A model generated the notes under the pieces. It ran no database searches. It was not told where the DNA came from and saw nothing but the letters and a program-made list of their open reading frames with translations. A stretch of 64,000 nt of DNA, from the NCBI GenBank assembly GCA_963840855.1, contig CAWJBB010000002.1:88837-152836 (forward strand). Reading direction: 5' to 3'. Source of the DNA: an uncultured delta proteobacterium (lineage in GTDB: Bacteria; Desulfobacterota; Binatia; UBA9968). The position numbers and the translations under genes were made by a program. Each line of letters begins with the position of its first letter. The first letter of the stretch is position 1. Shown here one piece after another: positions 18,632 to 29,466 of this stretch.

Positions 18632-20353
18632 ATGAAAATCGACGCCAACGTATGGCAGAAGGTTCCAGGCACGAGCACCGTCGAATTTTTCCCCATCATC
18701 ACAAAACCCAGCATTGTCTCTTCGAATTGTTATATCTTCGCTGGGCCCGATGCCATCATGATCATCGACCCGGGTGCGAGCACCGAACAGACAAAGCAGA
18801 TCAGCCGGGTCGTCAGTGACTCTTTGTCAGCTTCGTGGCGTCCGGTATGGGTATTTCTCACCCATTGTCACCAAGACCATTCCCAGGAGTCCGGTAGGTT
18901 CGAGCTGCCCCCGAACACTGAAATCAAGCGCTTTGCCCATCATGCCGGCGTTGATGCCCTCGAGCGCGGCGACCGCAACCTGACTGTAGCGTATCTGTAT
19001 CCCTGGCTGCCGGAGGTTTGCCGCGCGCGATTTGACTGCAAACTATTTGGCCCAGCGCAAAATTTGCCGTCGTTTGCGACGGGCAGCGAGCGCGCCGAGC
19101 TTCGTACCGAACCAGTGATAATGCCGGACGGAGCCAAATGGGATCGTCAATGGCTGCCGCTCGGCGGTAATGAGCGGGTCGATATTTTTCATACTCCCGG
19201 TCATTCGGCGTGCAGCATTTCATTGCAGGTAGGATCCTTGCTGGTTGTCGGCGATCTGCCCTTTGCCGCCAATCCCGGATTGTGTGGTCTCGACGGTTGG
19301 AATCATGCGCATCTGATGGAAACCCTCCGCAGAGTTGAGTGGTTGCTGAAATCCGCCGGCATCGCAGTTTGTTGTCCCGGTCACGGCTACTGCGTGCCCG
19401 GTGAAGCCATGCTGGAAAAACTCCGAGTGATGGCGGACGAAACACGCGGGCTCGCGGCGGTTGATCTACTGAATGCCGATCGCATCGGCGATCTGAAAAT
19501 TTATGTTGACGAGCTTCTCGAGGAAACGGCGGCGCTGCTCACGTTTTTGTCCGGCCGATTGTATACGGTCTCTTTCTACCTCTCGCTCTTGGATGAAGAG
19601 TCGGCAGCCCAACGCGTCGTCTCAACGGTCAATATGGAGCAAATCGACCGCACGCTCACTGAATTTCGCCGGTTCTTCGAAGCGTTCAATGCTAGCGCAG
19701 TGCCCGAGCTGAACGCCGTATTGAAAGGCGTGCAGGTCGCCCGCGCATTGCAGCAAATTCTTGCCGAAGAGCAAGTGACCCAGCTCCTGGGCTTGTCACT
19801 GGTGCGCCGCGCGGAGCGTCGGCTAGACGACTTCTTGAGCGTCGTGCGCGGTTTGCAGTTTCTCAACGCCGAAACGGCCGGCGATGTAAACGACCTGATC
19901 GGCGGGATCTTACGGCGTGAAAAGTCCGCGCAAGAATCGGCGGGCGCGGATTTATTCGCCGCGGTAGACGATGATCCATTGTTCATTGAGACGCTCACAC
20001 GGCGGCTGGCGGCACACTCACCTGCACGGGATATCATTTTTGAGTTTGTTCCGACCAGCGGGCCAACGCTTGCCAATATCGGGACCGAACGCCTGGACGA
20101 TATCTTGACCGGCCTGATCGAAGGCATCGCGGGAAGCGGCGTAAAGAACATTCAGATCGCGACCGACGTGATCACGAACCAGGTAGTTGTCCGCCTATCG
20201 AGCCGTCAAACAATCACCGGCGCGGCCTTGGGCAGTCGCCGCCTCGATCTCTACAACAGAACGCTCGGCTGGCTCGGCGGCAAACTCGAGCGGCGCGAGC
20301 ATGACGGCATCGCGGAAATCATCGTTAGGCTTCCCGCGCTCACCTTTACATGA
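18632..20353 (+). CDS. MBL-fold metallo-hydrolase with helical middle and degenerate HATPase-like C-terminus
   Basis: IIDPG, LTHCHQDH, HTPGH, VGD, CPGHG; the C-terminus LDDILTGLIEG...LGWLGGKLE...IIVRLP resembles a kinase ATP-binding domain lacking N/G boxes. Alternative GTG start at 18596. Confidence 0.8.
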   Translation: MKIDANVWQKVPGTSTVEFFPIITKPSIVSSNCYIFAGPDAIMIIDPGASTEQTKQISRVVSDSLSASWRPVWVFLTHCHQDHSQESGRFELPPNTEIKRFAHHAGVDALERGDRNLTVAYLYPWLPEVCRARFDCKLFGPAQNLPSFATGSERAELRTEPVIMPDGAKWDRQWLPLGGNERVDIFHTPGHSACSISLQVGSLLVVGDLPFAANPGLCGLDGWNHAHLMETLRRVEWLLKSAGIAVCCPGHGYCVPGEAMLEKLRVMADETRGLAAVDLLNADRIGDLKIYVDELLEETAALLTFLSGRLYTVSFYLSLLDEESAAQRVVSTVNMEQIDRTLTEFRRFFEAFNASAVPELNAVLKGVQVARALQQILAEEQVTQLLGLSLVRRAERRLDDFLSVVRGLQFLNAETAGDVNDLIGGILRREKSAQESAGADLFAAVDDDPLFIETLTRRLAAHSPARDIIFEFVPTSGPTLANIGTERLDDILTGLIEGIAGSGVKNIQIATDVITNQVVVRLSSRQTITGAALGSRRLDLYNRTLGWLGGKLERREHDGIAEIIVRLPALTFT

Positions 20354-20393
20354 CTGCTCATGGGACATGAGCCAGCTCTCTCTCACTTTCTAA

Positions 20394-21638
20394 GTGAGCG
20401 CTAAACAAGTGGCGTCGATTTTGAAGAATTTGATTGTCTGGAGCCTTCTTCTCTTCATTCCCGCAAAGCTTTTTGCCGAAGACATCATTATCGGCATGTC
20501 GGCGGTATTCACCGGACCGTCCGAGAGCTTGGGCATCGAGCTTTACCGCGGCTCCATGGCCTATCTCGAACACATCAATCGAGGCGGCGGTGTGCACGGC
20601 AGAAAGCTGATGCTTAAAGTCTACGACGACGGCTACAATCCTGCTCCCGCGATCCAAAATACCATCACATTGATCGAGAAAGATCAGGCATTCGTTCTTT
20701 TCGGATATGTGGGAGCACCCACGGTGACACGGGTTTTGCCCCTGCTGAAAAGTTATAGCGATCGATCAATGTCTTTGCTGTTTCCGCTTTCAGGAGCTCA
20801 ACCTCACCGCCAGACGCCATACAGCGATCAAGTTTTCAATCTACGCGCCTCCTACCGGGAGGAAACAGAAGGCCTCGTCAATCATTTCGTGTCTTTGGGA
20901 CGGTCAAAGATCGGCGTATTTTACCAGGCGGATGCCTACGGCCGAAGCGGCTGGGATGGCGTGCGAAGAGCCCTTGCCAAGAACGGCAACCTGGAAATCA
21001 CTGCGGAGGCAACCTATCGCCATGACGCCGGCTTTGATAAAAAATTCCACGAGCAGGTGAAGCTTCTCAAAACTGCAAATGCCGATGCGGTTATATCCAT
21101 CGGAACGTATGCCGCCTCCGCCGCTTTCATCAGAGACGCGCGCGAGACGGGATGGCAAACTCCCATCGCAAACGTTTCGTTGGTTGCCAGTCAGAGTCTC
21201 GCGGCGCTGTTATCTCAAAACAGCCAGTCAAAGGGGAAAGACTATACAGAGAATCTGGTTATCTCACAGGTGGTGCCGAGCTATGAGGATACGTCTTTGA
21301 ATTCGGTTCGTGGGTATCGCGACCTAATGGAAAAATATAGCCCGACGGCGCCGTCGGTTGCAGACAAAAATTACCGGCCTCAGCGCCACAGTTTTGTCGG
21401 CTTCGAGGGCTTTCTCAACGCTAAGCTGCTGGTCGAAATTCTTAGAAGGATGGGTGACAAGCCTGTTAGGACCAAGTTGAGACAGACCGTCGAAAGCATC
21501 AAGAATTTCGATCTCGGGATAGACGCTCCGATATCCTTCGGTCCCGACAAGCATCAGGGCTCGCAGAGAATCTATTACACCACGCTACAAGGCGGTGAAA
21601 TTGTCCCGCTCACAAGCTGGCAGCAGTGGAAAAAATAA
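20394..21638 (+). CDS. Type I periplasmic binding protein (branched-chain amino acid-like)
   Basis: IGMSAVFTGP, INRGGGVHGRKL, DDGYNP, GYVGAPT, FNLRASYREE, EGFLNAK. Confidence 0.9.
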   Translation: MSAKQVASILKNLIVWSLLLFIPAKLFAEDIIIGMSAVFTGPSESLGIELYRGSMAYLEHINRGGGVHGRKLMLKVYDDGYNPAPAIQNTITLIEKDQAFVLFGYVGAPTVTRVLPLLKSYSDRSMSLLFPLSGAQPHRQTPYSDQVFNLRASYREETEGLVNHFVSLGRSKIGVFYQADAYGRSGWDGVRRALAKNGNLEITAEATYRHDAGFDKKFHEQVKLLKTANADAVISIGTYAASAAFIRDARETGWQTPIANVSLVASQSLAALLSQNSQSKGKDYTENLVISQVVPSYEDTSLNSVRGYRDLMEKYSPTAPSVADKNYRPQRHSFVGFEGFLNAKLLVEILRRMGDKPVRTKLRQTVESIKNFDLGIDAPISFGPDKHQGSQRIYYTTLQGGEIVPLTSWQQWKK

Positions 21639-21639
21639 G

Positions 21640-23589
21640 ATGTCGCGACTGCTAAGAAAGACGCTTCTGCTCATGATCGTTTTGTTTGGAGTGATCGCCA
21701 TCGGAACCTCGATAGTTTCGGGGTGGAACCTCTACAAACAGCTCACGCTGGAATACCGGAGCAAAGGCGCGGCCATCGCCAAGAGCATCGCAGACGCGAG
21801 CGTTGAAATCATCGTGAACCGCGACCCATCGACAGTTCAAGCCATTGTCGATCAATTTGATGGGATCGACGGCGTTGCCTATGTATTCGTCGTCGATCGG
21901 TCCGGCGGTATTTTTGCTCACACTTTTGTTCCCGGTGTCCCGCCCGAAGTTCTCGCGATCCGGCGTAGGGCGACCGCCGCGGCAACCGATGATGGCCTTG
22001 TTTCAGTTGATCTTTATGTGCCGCGTCTCGGCGATGTCATCGACATCTCCGCGCCGATATTAACAGGGGTGGGAGGCTACGCTCACGTCGGCATGGATCG
22101 AACTGTCATTCGCGCGAAAATTTGGAGTGCCGTTTTTCAACAGCAGGGCCTCATGCTTCTCATCTTTCTCGTCAGCGTCGTGATTGCCTACCTGCTGGTG
22201 AACCGCATATCACAACCTCTGAACCTGCTCGCGGACCATGCCCGGTCGTTGGCCGCGTCAGATTTTTCCGATGCCCCGAATGTTCCGGCAAGCATAGAAG
22301 CGCTGTCGCGAACGTCCAAAGATGAGATCGGCAATTTGGCGGGATCTTTCGTGCACATGGAACGTGCACTCCAGCGATCCATAGAACACCTCAAGCAAGC
22401 TACAGCAGCCAAACAAAGAATCGAGAGTGAATTAAAGATTGCTCACGATATTCAAATGAGTATGGTACCGAAAATCTTTCCGCCCTTTCCCGATCGGGAG
22501 GAATTTGATCTCTACGCGACTCTGGTTCCGGCAAGAGAGGTCGGTGGAGATTTCTACGATTTTTTCTTTCTCGACAAGGATCATCTGTGCCTGGCGATCG
22601 GCGATGTCTCCGGCAAGGGCGTGCCCGCATCGCTTTTTATGGCGGTAACTAAGACATTGTTTAAAGCGACGGCGAACGGCAACGATCATCCGGATGAGAT
22701 CCTCCAACGCTTGAATGACGAAATGTGGAAGGACAACACGGCGTGCATGTTTGTCACTCTGTTCGCCGCGATATTGGATATCCGCACAGGGCGGATGGAA
22801 TACAGCAATGGCGGGCACAACCTGCCTTACAAATTATCAAACGGACAGCCTAAGCAGTTTGAAAACACCAAAGGCACGGTGGTGGGCGTGCTCGAAGGCG
22901 CCAGATTTGAAAAAAAAGCAATCGCTCTAGAGCCGGGCGATTGGATTATCTTTTACACTGACGGGGTAACTGAGGCGATGGATGAGCACAAGGAGCTTTT
23001 TTCGGAGCGCCGTTTGGAGCAGTTTTTGGCATCGCTCGACCCCAACGTTTCCGCTGAGGAGCTAACCCATCGGCTGTCGAGTGAAGTAGGACAATTCTCC
23101 GCCACAACGGCACAGTCGGACGATATCACTATTCTTGTCCTGCGATATTGGGGCGTAGGAAATCATGCCCACAGCAAAGTTACTCTCGAGCTGAAGAACG
23201 AACTTTCAGAGCTTGCGAAGCTCAATCATACGTTGGCTGAGTTTGGCCAGCGCCACCAACTTCCCGAGTCAACCTTGTTTGCCATGAAACTCGCCCTTGA
23301 AGAAATCGTCACCAACGCGATCTCCCACGGTTTCACCGATCGACGGGAAAACCGGATCAGTATCCGCCTCTCTTTGGAACAAAGCGTCCTACGCGCCGAG
23401 GTGGAAGATGATGGCCGGGCTTTCAACCCGCTCGAAATACCGGCGCCCGATCCCAAGCAGCTGTTAGAAGAAAGACCGGTTGGAGGTTTGGGCATCCATT
23501 TGGTGCGCACCCTTATGAACGAAGTCGCGTATCGACGGCAAAATGGTATGAATGTGCTGGTGCTAAAGAAAGAGATCACAGAACCCTAG
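21640..23589 (+). CDS. Membrane sensor: HAMP + SpoIIE/PP2C phosphatase + RsbW-like HATPase_c
   Basis: Two TM segments, HAMP (DEIGNLA), ELKIAHDIQ, EVGGDFYD, GDVSGKGVPASLFM, YTDGVTEA, QSDDIT, then LALEEIVTNAI, GGLGIHLV. Confidence 0.93.
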   Translation: MSRLLRKTLLLMIVLFGVIAIGTSIVSGWNLYKQLTLEYRSKGAAIAKSIADASVEIIVNRDPSTVQAIVDQFDGIDGVAYVFVVDRSGGIFAHTFVPGVPPEVLAIRRRATAAATDDGLVSVDLYVPRLGDVIDISAPILTGVGGYAHVGMDRTVIRAKIWSAVFQQQGLMLLIFLVSVVIAYLLVNRISQPLNLLADHARSLAASDFSDAPNVPASIEALSRTSKDEIGNLAGSFVHMERALQRSIEHLKQATAAKQRIESELKIAHDIQMSMVPKIFPPFPDREEFDLYATLVPAREVGGDFYDFFFLDKDHLCLAIGDVSGKGVPASLFMAVTKTLFKATANGNDHPDEILQRLNDEMWKDNTACMFVTLFAAILDIRTGRMEYSNGGHNLPYKLSNGQPKQFENTKGTVVGVLEGARFEKKAIALEPGDWIIFYTDGVTEAMDEHKELFSERRLEQFLASLDPNVSAEELTHRLSSEVGQFSATTAQSDDITILVLRYWGVGNHAHSKVTLELKNELSELAKLNHTLAEFGQRHQLPESTLFAMKLALEEIVTNAISHGFTDRRENRISIRLSLEQSVLRAEVEDDGRAFNPLEIPAPDPKQLLEERPVGGLGIHLVRTLMNEVAYRRQNGMNVLVLKKEITEP

Positions 23590-23634
23590 CAATTTAATGG
23601 TAATCGAACTGTGGCGGTGCGCTTTTTTTTCACT

Positions 23635-23807
23635 CTAACGCAGCTGCGCCCGCATGTCGCCAGGATGAACCGGCGTGGCGTCCTTCTCGCTTCGCGATGT
23701 CATGCCCGCGATGAATACGAGCATCCCACCGGTTACGGCAACGACCTGCGAGTGAGATTTGCGGACTGGTAGGTCTGAAGGCTGCACGATTTGTTTGGAT
23801 TCGCCAT
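23635..23807 (-). pseudogene. N-terminal fragment of a RidA/YjgF family gene
   Basis: After a frameshift it reads SQVVAVTGGMLVFIAGMTSRSEKDATPVHPGDMRAQLR*; GGGGAG RBS before the ATG. Confidence 0.55.
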
Positions 23808-24244
23808 TTCTCCCCCTTAGCCGGATTAAATGTGCAGAGAAATATCAGATCCGGTGACAATGTATAAGCCTAACCATAACAAAGTTTGCCGGCCGCAAGT
23901 CCTTAGCACGATTATTATTCACCGAAAAACCTTTTGACCCACCCAAGAGAAAAGTTTTCATGTTCGTGGATGGGATAGAGAATCGTCTATTGTCAACCCT
24001 ATTGATAATAGGCAGCCCGGCTTTTGTCGTCTGACTGCACTTCAAAAATCCTTGACATCAATTTGTCGGAGCAGGAGAATCCTGATGGCTTGTTGGAATT
24101 TGGGGATCGTACTAGGTCGAACAATAGACTCAATAGTTCGGCATGCGTTCCACCGGGGTGGAAAGGAGGTGCGCCAGCAACAGTGGTCATGGACAAAAAA
24201 GCGTTTGCATTGCTTATACGCCCAGCATACCCAAGGAGGAATCC

Positions 24245-25939
24245 ATGGCGAAACTGACCCAGAGCTATGTGCATGGCGCTAGTGCCGTGCCACTGATCGG
24301 TGATACCATTGGCGTGCACTTCGACAAGGCCGTGGCACGCTGGCCCGAGGCCGAGGCGTTAGTGGTGCGCCATCAAGGGGTACGCTGGACATATCGCGAC
24401 TTGCAGCACCACGTTGATGCCTTGGCCACCGGGCTCTTGGCCCTGGGGCTGGAGCCGGGGGACCGGGTGGGCATCTGGTCGCCCAATAATGCCGAGTGGG
24501 TAGTGACCCAATTCGCCACGGCCAAAGCGGGCATCATTCTGGTGAACATCAACCCGGCCTATCGTCTGGCAGAACTGGAGTATGCCCTGAACAAAGTGAG
24601 CTGCAAAGGACTGATCACCGCCGCCGCGTTCAGGCCCAGCGACTACGTTGGCATGCTACAACACCTAGCCCCCGAACTCGCGACCTGCCACCCTGGGGAG
24701 TTGCAGGCTGCCAGGCTGCCAGCCTTGCGGACAGTGGTATGCCTGGGGGATGCCGCGCCACCCGGCATGGTGCACTTTGCGGCTGTGCCTACCCTCGCTG
24801 GCATCGCCCAACAGCAACGCCTCGCGGAACTGGCGTCAGTACTGCAGTTCGATGACCCGATCAATATTCAGTTTACCAGTGGCACCACAGGCGCCCCCAA
24901 AGGCGCCACGCTCACCCATCACAACATTCTGAACAATGGCTTCTTCATTGGGGAGGCCATGCGGCTGACGGCGCGCGACCGGCTATGTATTCCAGTGCCG
25001 CTGTATCACTGTTTCGGCATGGTGCTCGGGAACCTGGCGTGTGTCACGCACGGCGCGGCCATGATCTATCCTGCTGAAGCGTTCGAGCCCTTGGCCGTGC
25101 TGGAAACGGTCGCCGCCGAACGGTGTACCGCCCTGCATGGCGTGCCGACGATGTTCATGGCCGCACTGGATCACCCCGAGTTTGCGCGCTTCGACCTCCG
25201 CAGCCTGCGCACCGGGATTATGGCCGGTGCTCCCTGCCCGATCGAGGTCATGAAGCGAGTGCATCAGGCGATGCATATGGAGCAGGTGACGATTGCCTAC
25301 GGCATGACCGAGACCAGCCCCGTCAGTTTCCAGAGCGCGGTGGACGATGCGCTGGAGCGGCGCGTGTCCACGGTGGGACGCATCCAGCCGCATATCGAGG
25401 TGAAAATTGTCGATACCGAGGGGCGTCTGGTCCCACCCGGCACACCGGGGGAACTCCTCACGCGTGGCTACTGTGTGATGCAAGGCTATTGGGACGACCC
25501 CGAGCGGACGGCTGAGGCCATTGACATCGCCGGCTGGATGCACACCGGCGACCTGGCAACGCTCGACCCAGAAGGCTACGGCAATATTGTCGGGCGCATC
25601 AAGGACATGGTGATTCGCGGCGGCGAAAACATCTACCCGCGCGAGATCGAAGAATTTCTCTATCGGTACCCCAAGATCCAGGATGTGCAGATCTTCGGCG
25701 TGCCGGACACGCGCTATGGGGAGGAGCTCTGTGCCTGGATCCGGTTGCGTGAGGGTATTGCCGCCACCCCAGACGAGATCAAGGAGTTTTGCCGTGGGCA
25801 GATTGCCCACTACAAAATCCCCCGCTATGTCAAGTTTGTCGAGGTGTTTCCGATGACTGTGACCGGCAAGGTCCAGAAATTTGTCATGCGCGAGCAGATG
25901 ATGGCCGAACTCGGCCTGCAGGAGGCCCAGACGGCCTGA
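24245..25939 (+). CDS. AMP-binding acyl-CoA synthetase (ACSF2-like)
   Basis: AAGGAGG RBS; [54 protein letters not shown]. Confidence 0.95.
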   Translation: MAKLTQSYVHGASAVPLIGDTIGVHFDKAVARWPEAEALVVRHQGVRWTYRDLQHHVDALATGLLALGLEPGDRVGIWSPNNAEWVVTQFATAKAGIILVNINPAYRLAELEYALNKVSCKGLITAAAFRPSDYVGMLQHLAPELATCHPGELQAARLPALRTVVCLGDAAPPGMVHFAAVPTLAGIAQQQRLAELASVLQFDDPINIQFTSGTTGAPKGATLTHHNILNNGFFIGEAMRLTARDRLCIPVPLYHCFGMVLGNLACVTHGAAMIYPAEAFEPLAVLETVAAERCTALHGVPTMFMAALDHPEFARFDLRSLRTGIMAGAPCPIEVMKRVHQAMHMEQVTIAYGMTETSPVSFQSAVDDALERRVSTVGRIQPHIEVKIVDTEGRLVPPGTPGELLTRGYCVMQGYWDDPERTAEAIDIAGWMHTGDLATLDPEGYGNIVGRIKDMVIRGGENIYPREIEEFLYRYPKIQDVQIFGVPDTRYGEELCAWIRLREGIAATPDEIKEFCRGQIAHYKIPRYVKFVEVFPMTVTGKVQKFVMREQMMAELGLQEAQTA

Positions 25940-26013
25940 GACGATGACCGGCACAGTGTCATCAGGGCAGACTCGGATGCACTAGCCCTCCAAGTCTTGG
26001 TGGCCGAGTTCGC

Positions 26014-26101
26014 GCCGAACAACGCACTGGAGCCGACGCCCAATAGCGTCCGCTCCTCCGTCGCTCCCGCCATTGGGCGCGGCTCACCGCGGGCGTTTCC
26101 G
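26014..26101 (+). other. Solitary, degenerate integron attC-like site
   Basis: GCCGAAC-AACGCACTGGAGCCGACGCCCAATAG...CATTGGGCGCGGCTCACCGCGGGC-GTT: AAC/GTT cores with an imperfect palindrome. R' box departs from GTTRRRY. Confidence 0.6.
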
Positions 26102-26213
26102 ACGCTCATTTTGCAGGCCGTATTCGTCATCGCCACGGGTGCGTGCTTCTTGCTTATTGGCGCCGCCCTCGGGGCGACGATATTTGCCGACCTTGGAGGC
26201 CATGTGCCCCGGC

Positions 26214-26245
26214 AAGGGTCTATTATCACAGCACAAGCGACCATC
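26214..26245 (+). repeat. 32-bp direct repeat, copy 1
   Basis: AAGGGTCTATTATCACAGCACAAGCGACCATC, identical to 28860-28891. Confidence 0.9.
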
Positions 26246-26522
26246 GAGCAGCCCGCTCATCGTGAATCACTTCATCGATGACAAAGGGTTCATCTGAGTC
26301 AGCGATGCGCCCACCAGCCGGATGCTCAAGTTCGATCTGAACGAGAATTTCCTGTATGCCGCGTCGCTCCTTCGACATAATGGCGGTCCATGAAAACCGG
26401 CATAGTTGACATCATTGGTGTTTTCCTCCATGGGAGAGTTTGCAAGACGCAGGGCCGGCGAGTGGGAAAGGTTTCAGAGATGTTGATTCAGAATCGTGGA
26501 ACAAAGACTCAGGAGAAGTGAA

Positions 26523-27575
26523 ATGAATCAAAAGAAAAATTTATCGAGCTCGATCGGATCCGCAACCTTGATTTGGGCGATCGCCTTGGCTTTCATTATC
26601 TGGGCCGCTTCTGCCGGTAAGGTTTTCGCGGCCGCAGCAGATTCTCTGGATCAACTCTACGAGAAAGCAAAAAAGGAAGGAAAGATTACGCTTTACGCGC
26701 CGCTATCCCCTCACGCGATGTCGGTTATTCCGCCTGCGTTCATGAAGCGCTTTCCCGGCTTGACGGTCGATCATATCGACGCCACGAGCGATAAACTGAT
26801 CGCGCGAGTGCTCGCCGAGCAGAGGGGGGGACGCGTTCTTGCCGACGTCATAAGCGGAGCGCTGACCTACTTGCCGCAGATCCTGGACCTGAAAATCGTG
26901 GAGCAGGTCGTCATACCCGAGGCAGCGGCGTATCCGGCCCAGTTGAAAGGCGATCTATGGGTCGCAACCGACACGCAATTCTATATTGCCGGATGGAACA
27001 CCAATCTGGTCAAGAAAGGCGACGAGCCAAAAAGCTACGAGGAGCTCGCGAACGCTAAATGGAAAGACAGCATAATGGGCGAGCCGCGCGATTACCAAAT
27101 GCTGGTCGGATTTGCCAAACGAAAATTCAATAGCGATGAAAAGGCGATCGATCTGTTCAAGAAAATTGCCGCCAATCAAGTGGAGTTTCATCGGGGGCAT
27201 TCGCAGTTAACCGAGTTTCTCATGGCCGGTCAGCGCGCCATTTGCTTTACTTGCTACTCGCACCATTTTCCTGCGCGTATGAAAAAAGGCGCCCCGATTC
27301 AACCGCTCATGACGGAAGGTGTGGGCGAAGTTGGCGGCTCTGTAATGGTAATGAAGGGAGCACCCCATCCAAACGCCGCACTACTCTGGGTTCGTTGGGC
27401 CGTCAGTGAGGAAGGACAGAAGGTCTATGCTCAAGCAGGTGAAACTCCGGCTCATCCCAAAGTGGAACCCTTGGAAAAAATCCGGCCCGCGACGCCTTAC
27501 ATGCTGACCATCGACGACGTCAGAGAGTTTCCGAGGTATGAGAAAACGTGGAAGGAAATCTTTCAGCTCCGCTGA
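26523..27575 (+). CDS. ABC-type extracellular solute-binding protein (PBP2)
   Basis: Signal peptide, YEKAKKEG, GWNTNLVK..PKSYEEL, APHPNAALLWVRWAVSEEGQ. Confidence 0.88.
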   Translation: MNQKKNLSSSIGSATLIWAIALAFIIWAASAGKVFAAAADSLDQLYEKAKKEGKITLYAPLSPHAMSVIPPAFMKRFPGLTVDHIDATSDKLIARVLAEQRGGRVLADVISGALTYLPQILDLKIVEQVVIPEAAAYPAQLKGDLWVATDTQFYIAGWNTNLVKKGDEPKSYEELANAKWKDSIMGEPRDYQMLVGFAKRKFNSDEKAIDLFKKIAANQVEFHRGHSQLTEFLMAGQRAICFTCYSHHFPARMKKGAPIQPLMTEGVGEVGGSVMVMKGAPHPNAALLWVRWAVSEEGQKVYAQAGETPAHPKVEPLEKIRPATPYMLTIDDVREFPRYEKTWKEIFQLR

Positions 27576-27822
27576 AATGAAATTACCGGAACGATCCAGC
27601 ACAGCGCGGCTCAGAATTTTCAGGGAGGATGATCGGCGTCAGACTTGTCTAAGTCTACTCTCGACCGAAATCTCTCCAAACTCGACGGAGCCGAAGGACT
27701 GTAACTCTGCTCCCACTTCGTCCGTAAAGTGCGCCAGGATACTCAATGCGCAACGGCCGGGCCATGACGTTGTGTTACAACACACGAGGATGGAAAAGTA
27801 GTCCGGTCTCTTTAATAGTTCG

Positions 27823-28831
27823 ATGCCGATTCAGATTGACCGGAACAGAGCAGAGAGCCTCGCGCCTCAATTCGACGAGGCGCTCGAACTCGTGCGCAAC
27901 GAATTTGAGGGGCTCGACCTGCACCGCCAGTACCGCATACGCCTTCGCGCGGCTGCTGAAGCCCGATCCGCTTGGGCGGGTGCTGATGATGGGCACCGAT
28001 CAGCGCGACATGTTCGTGCCGGAGCTTCGCCGCGCCATAGAAACGTCGGTGCCGAGTGACGGTCACATCTTCGACTTCGGAGCGGGCGACGGTCAAACCT
28101 TCGCCCTGGTCGCCGATGCCGTGCCGCGGGGCACCCGCGTCTCGATCGAGGAGCCCAATCCCGAATACCTCGCAAACTATGTTGCATTTCTAAAAACAAA
28201 GGCCCATTTGCGGCCCGGTATGGCGCTGGCGGCGGCATTCGATGAGATCGACGCAGCGGCCGCCCGCTCGGGGGAAAAGCTACCGTCAGACGGCAGCATC
28301 GACCTCGGCCTCGCGCTGCACATGATCTATTTCGTCAACGACCTTGCCGCCAGCGTTACAAGGATGGTGCGCTTCTTGAAGCCCGGCGGTGTGCTGTTCG
28401 TCGTCGTCACCGACGAAACCGTCGGCTATACCGGCCTCGCGCTGAAAAGTTTTATCGAACACGGCGGCGACACGGGCGACAACGCGCGGCATCTCTCAGT
28501 CATCGCCGAGCGCCGCCGCTTGCTGGGACTGCCCGCGGAGGGCGGCGGCGCGATTGCCGAAGTGCTTGGTGCCGCGGGAACTCCGGTGGAAATCGACGTG
28601 CGGCGCCAGCCGAGCCGACTCTACGGCCACAATCTCGCCGACCTCATCGCGCTCTCCTCGATCGCCCTCCTCGCCAGCGTCGAAGGTCTCGAAAAGTTCG
28701 AGGCCGCCGCCGCACTGCTGCGTCATAGCCCCGAAGCCGTGGACCTGCGCATCGAAGACGACGGCCCCCGTAAAGGCATGTGGAGCGTCACCCAACCTCA
28801 ATGGGTCGCCGCCTTCCGTCGAACGCGTTAA
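27823..28831 (+). CDS. Class I SAM-dependent methyltransferase, apparently with a frameshift near 27925
   Basis: IFDFGAGDG motif I, IEEPN, LALHMIYFV, FLKPGGVLFV. The plausible N-terminus (MPIQIDRNRAESLAPQFDEALEL) is in another frame. Confidence 0.7.
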
Positions 28832-28859
28832 TCGGACAGAACAAAGATCGTGGAAAATT

Positions 28860-28891
28860 AAGGGTCTATTATCACAGCACAAGCGACCATC
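28860..28891 (+). repeat. 32-bp direct repeat, copy 2
   Basis: Identical to 26214-26245; lies just downstream of the RAYT remnant. Confidence 0.9.
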
Positions 28892-28924
28892 CGCTACCTT
28901 GTCATGCGGTTGCGCTCCCTCGCT

Positions 28925-29340
28925 TCATTGGCTGGCGCACAATTCGCCCCACTGTGGTGAAGTGAACGCCAAATTCCTTCGCGATTTGTTGATAGCTGTA
29001 GGCCCCGGTCTCGTACGCTGCCCGAATTGCGCCGTCCCGATTCTTGTGTTGCCGACGTATGGCGCTGAGCTTTGGTGCCGGCCCCGTTGTTGCACCCTCG
29101 GTATGTTAACATCCTCGTCGCGTTCGCCTAGCTTGTCCCGCATCTGCTCGACACAGTCGTCATCGCCCAAATAGATCTGTCCTTTGAGATCTTTCCAGAT
29201 GCTCCCTGCGCTCATCCCCTCCTCGATAAATTGTTGGTACTTCCGTCTCGCGCCAGCACGTCTCTTGCTGAACTCTGCCAAAAGACCGTCGGTGGTGAGC
29301 CATACCGGAGCTGGGGACGTTCCTATCGTCGTGCCGTAAC
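28925..29340 (-). pseudogene. C-terminal half of a RAYT-type transposase with HTH, frameshifted
   Basis: PAPVWLTTDGLLAEF..ARRKYQQFIEEG..IWKDLKGQIYLGDD..NIPRVQ / AYETGAYSYQQIAKEFGVHFTTVGRIV. Confidence 0.75.
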
Positions 29341-29466
29341 GCGTCCCTTTTTAGTCCGCCTTGCGTTCAGCGCACGACGCTATCGCCCGGTCCTGTAATG
29401 TTATATGAATGAGCAGCTCCGGACGGCGATGGTTTTCTTGCAAAGCGAACAGTCGAGGAACTTCGG

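Noticed and set aside
26270-26370. NHL-repeat-like fragment (VSDAPTSRMLKFDLNENFLYA)
   Set aside because: About 20 residues only; not enough support.
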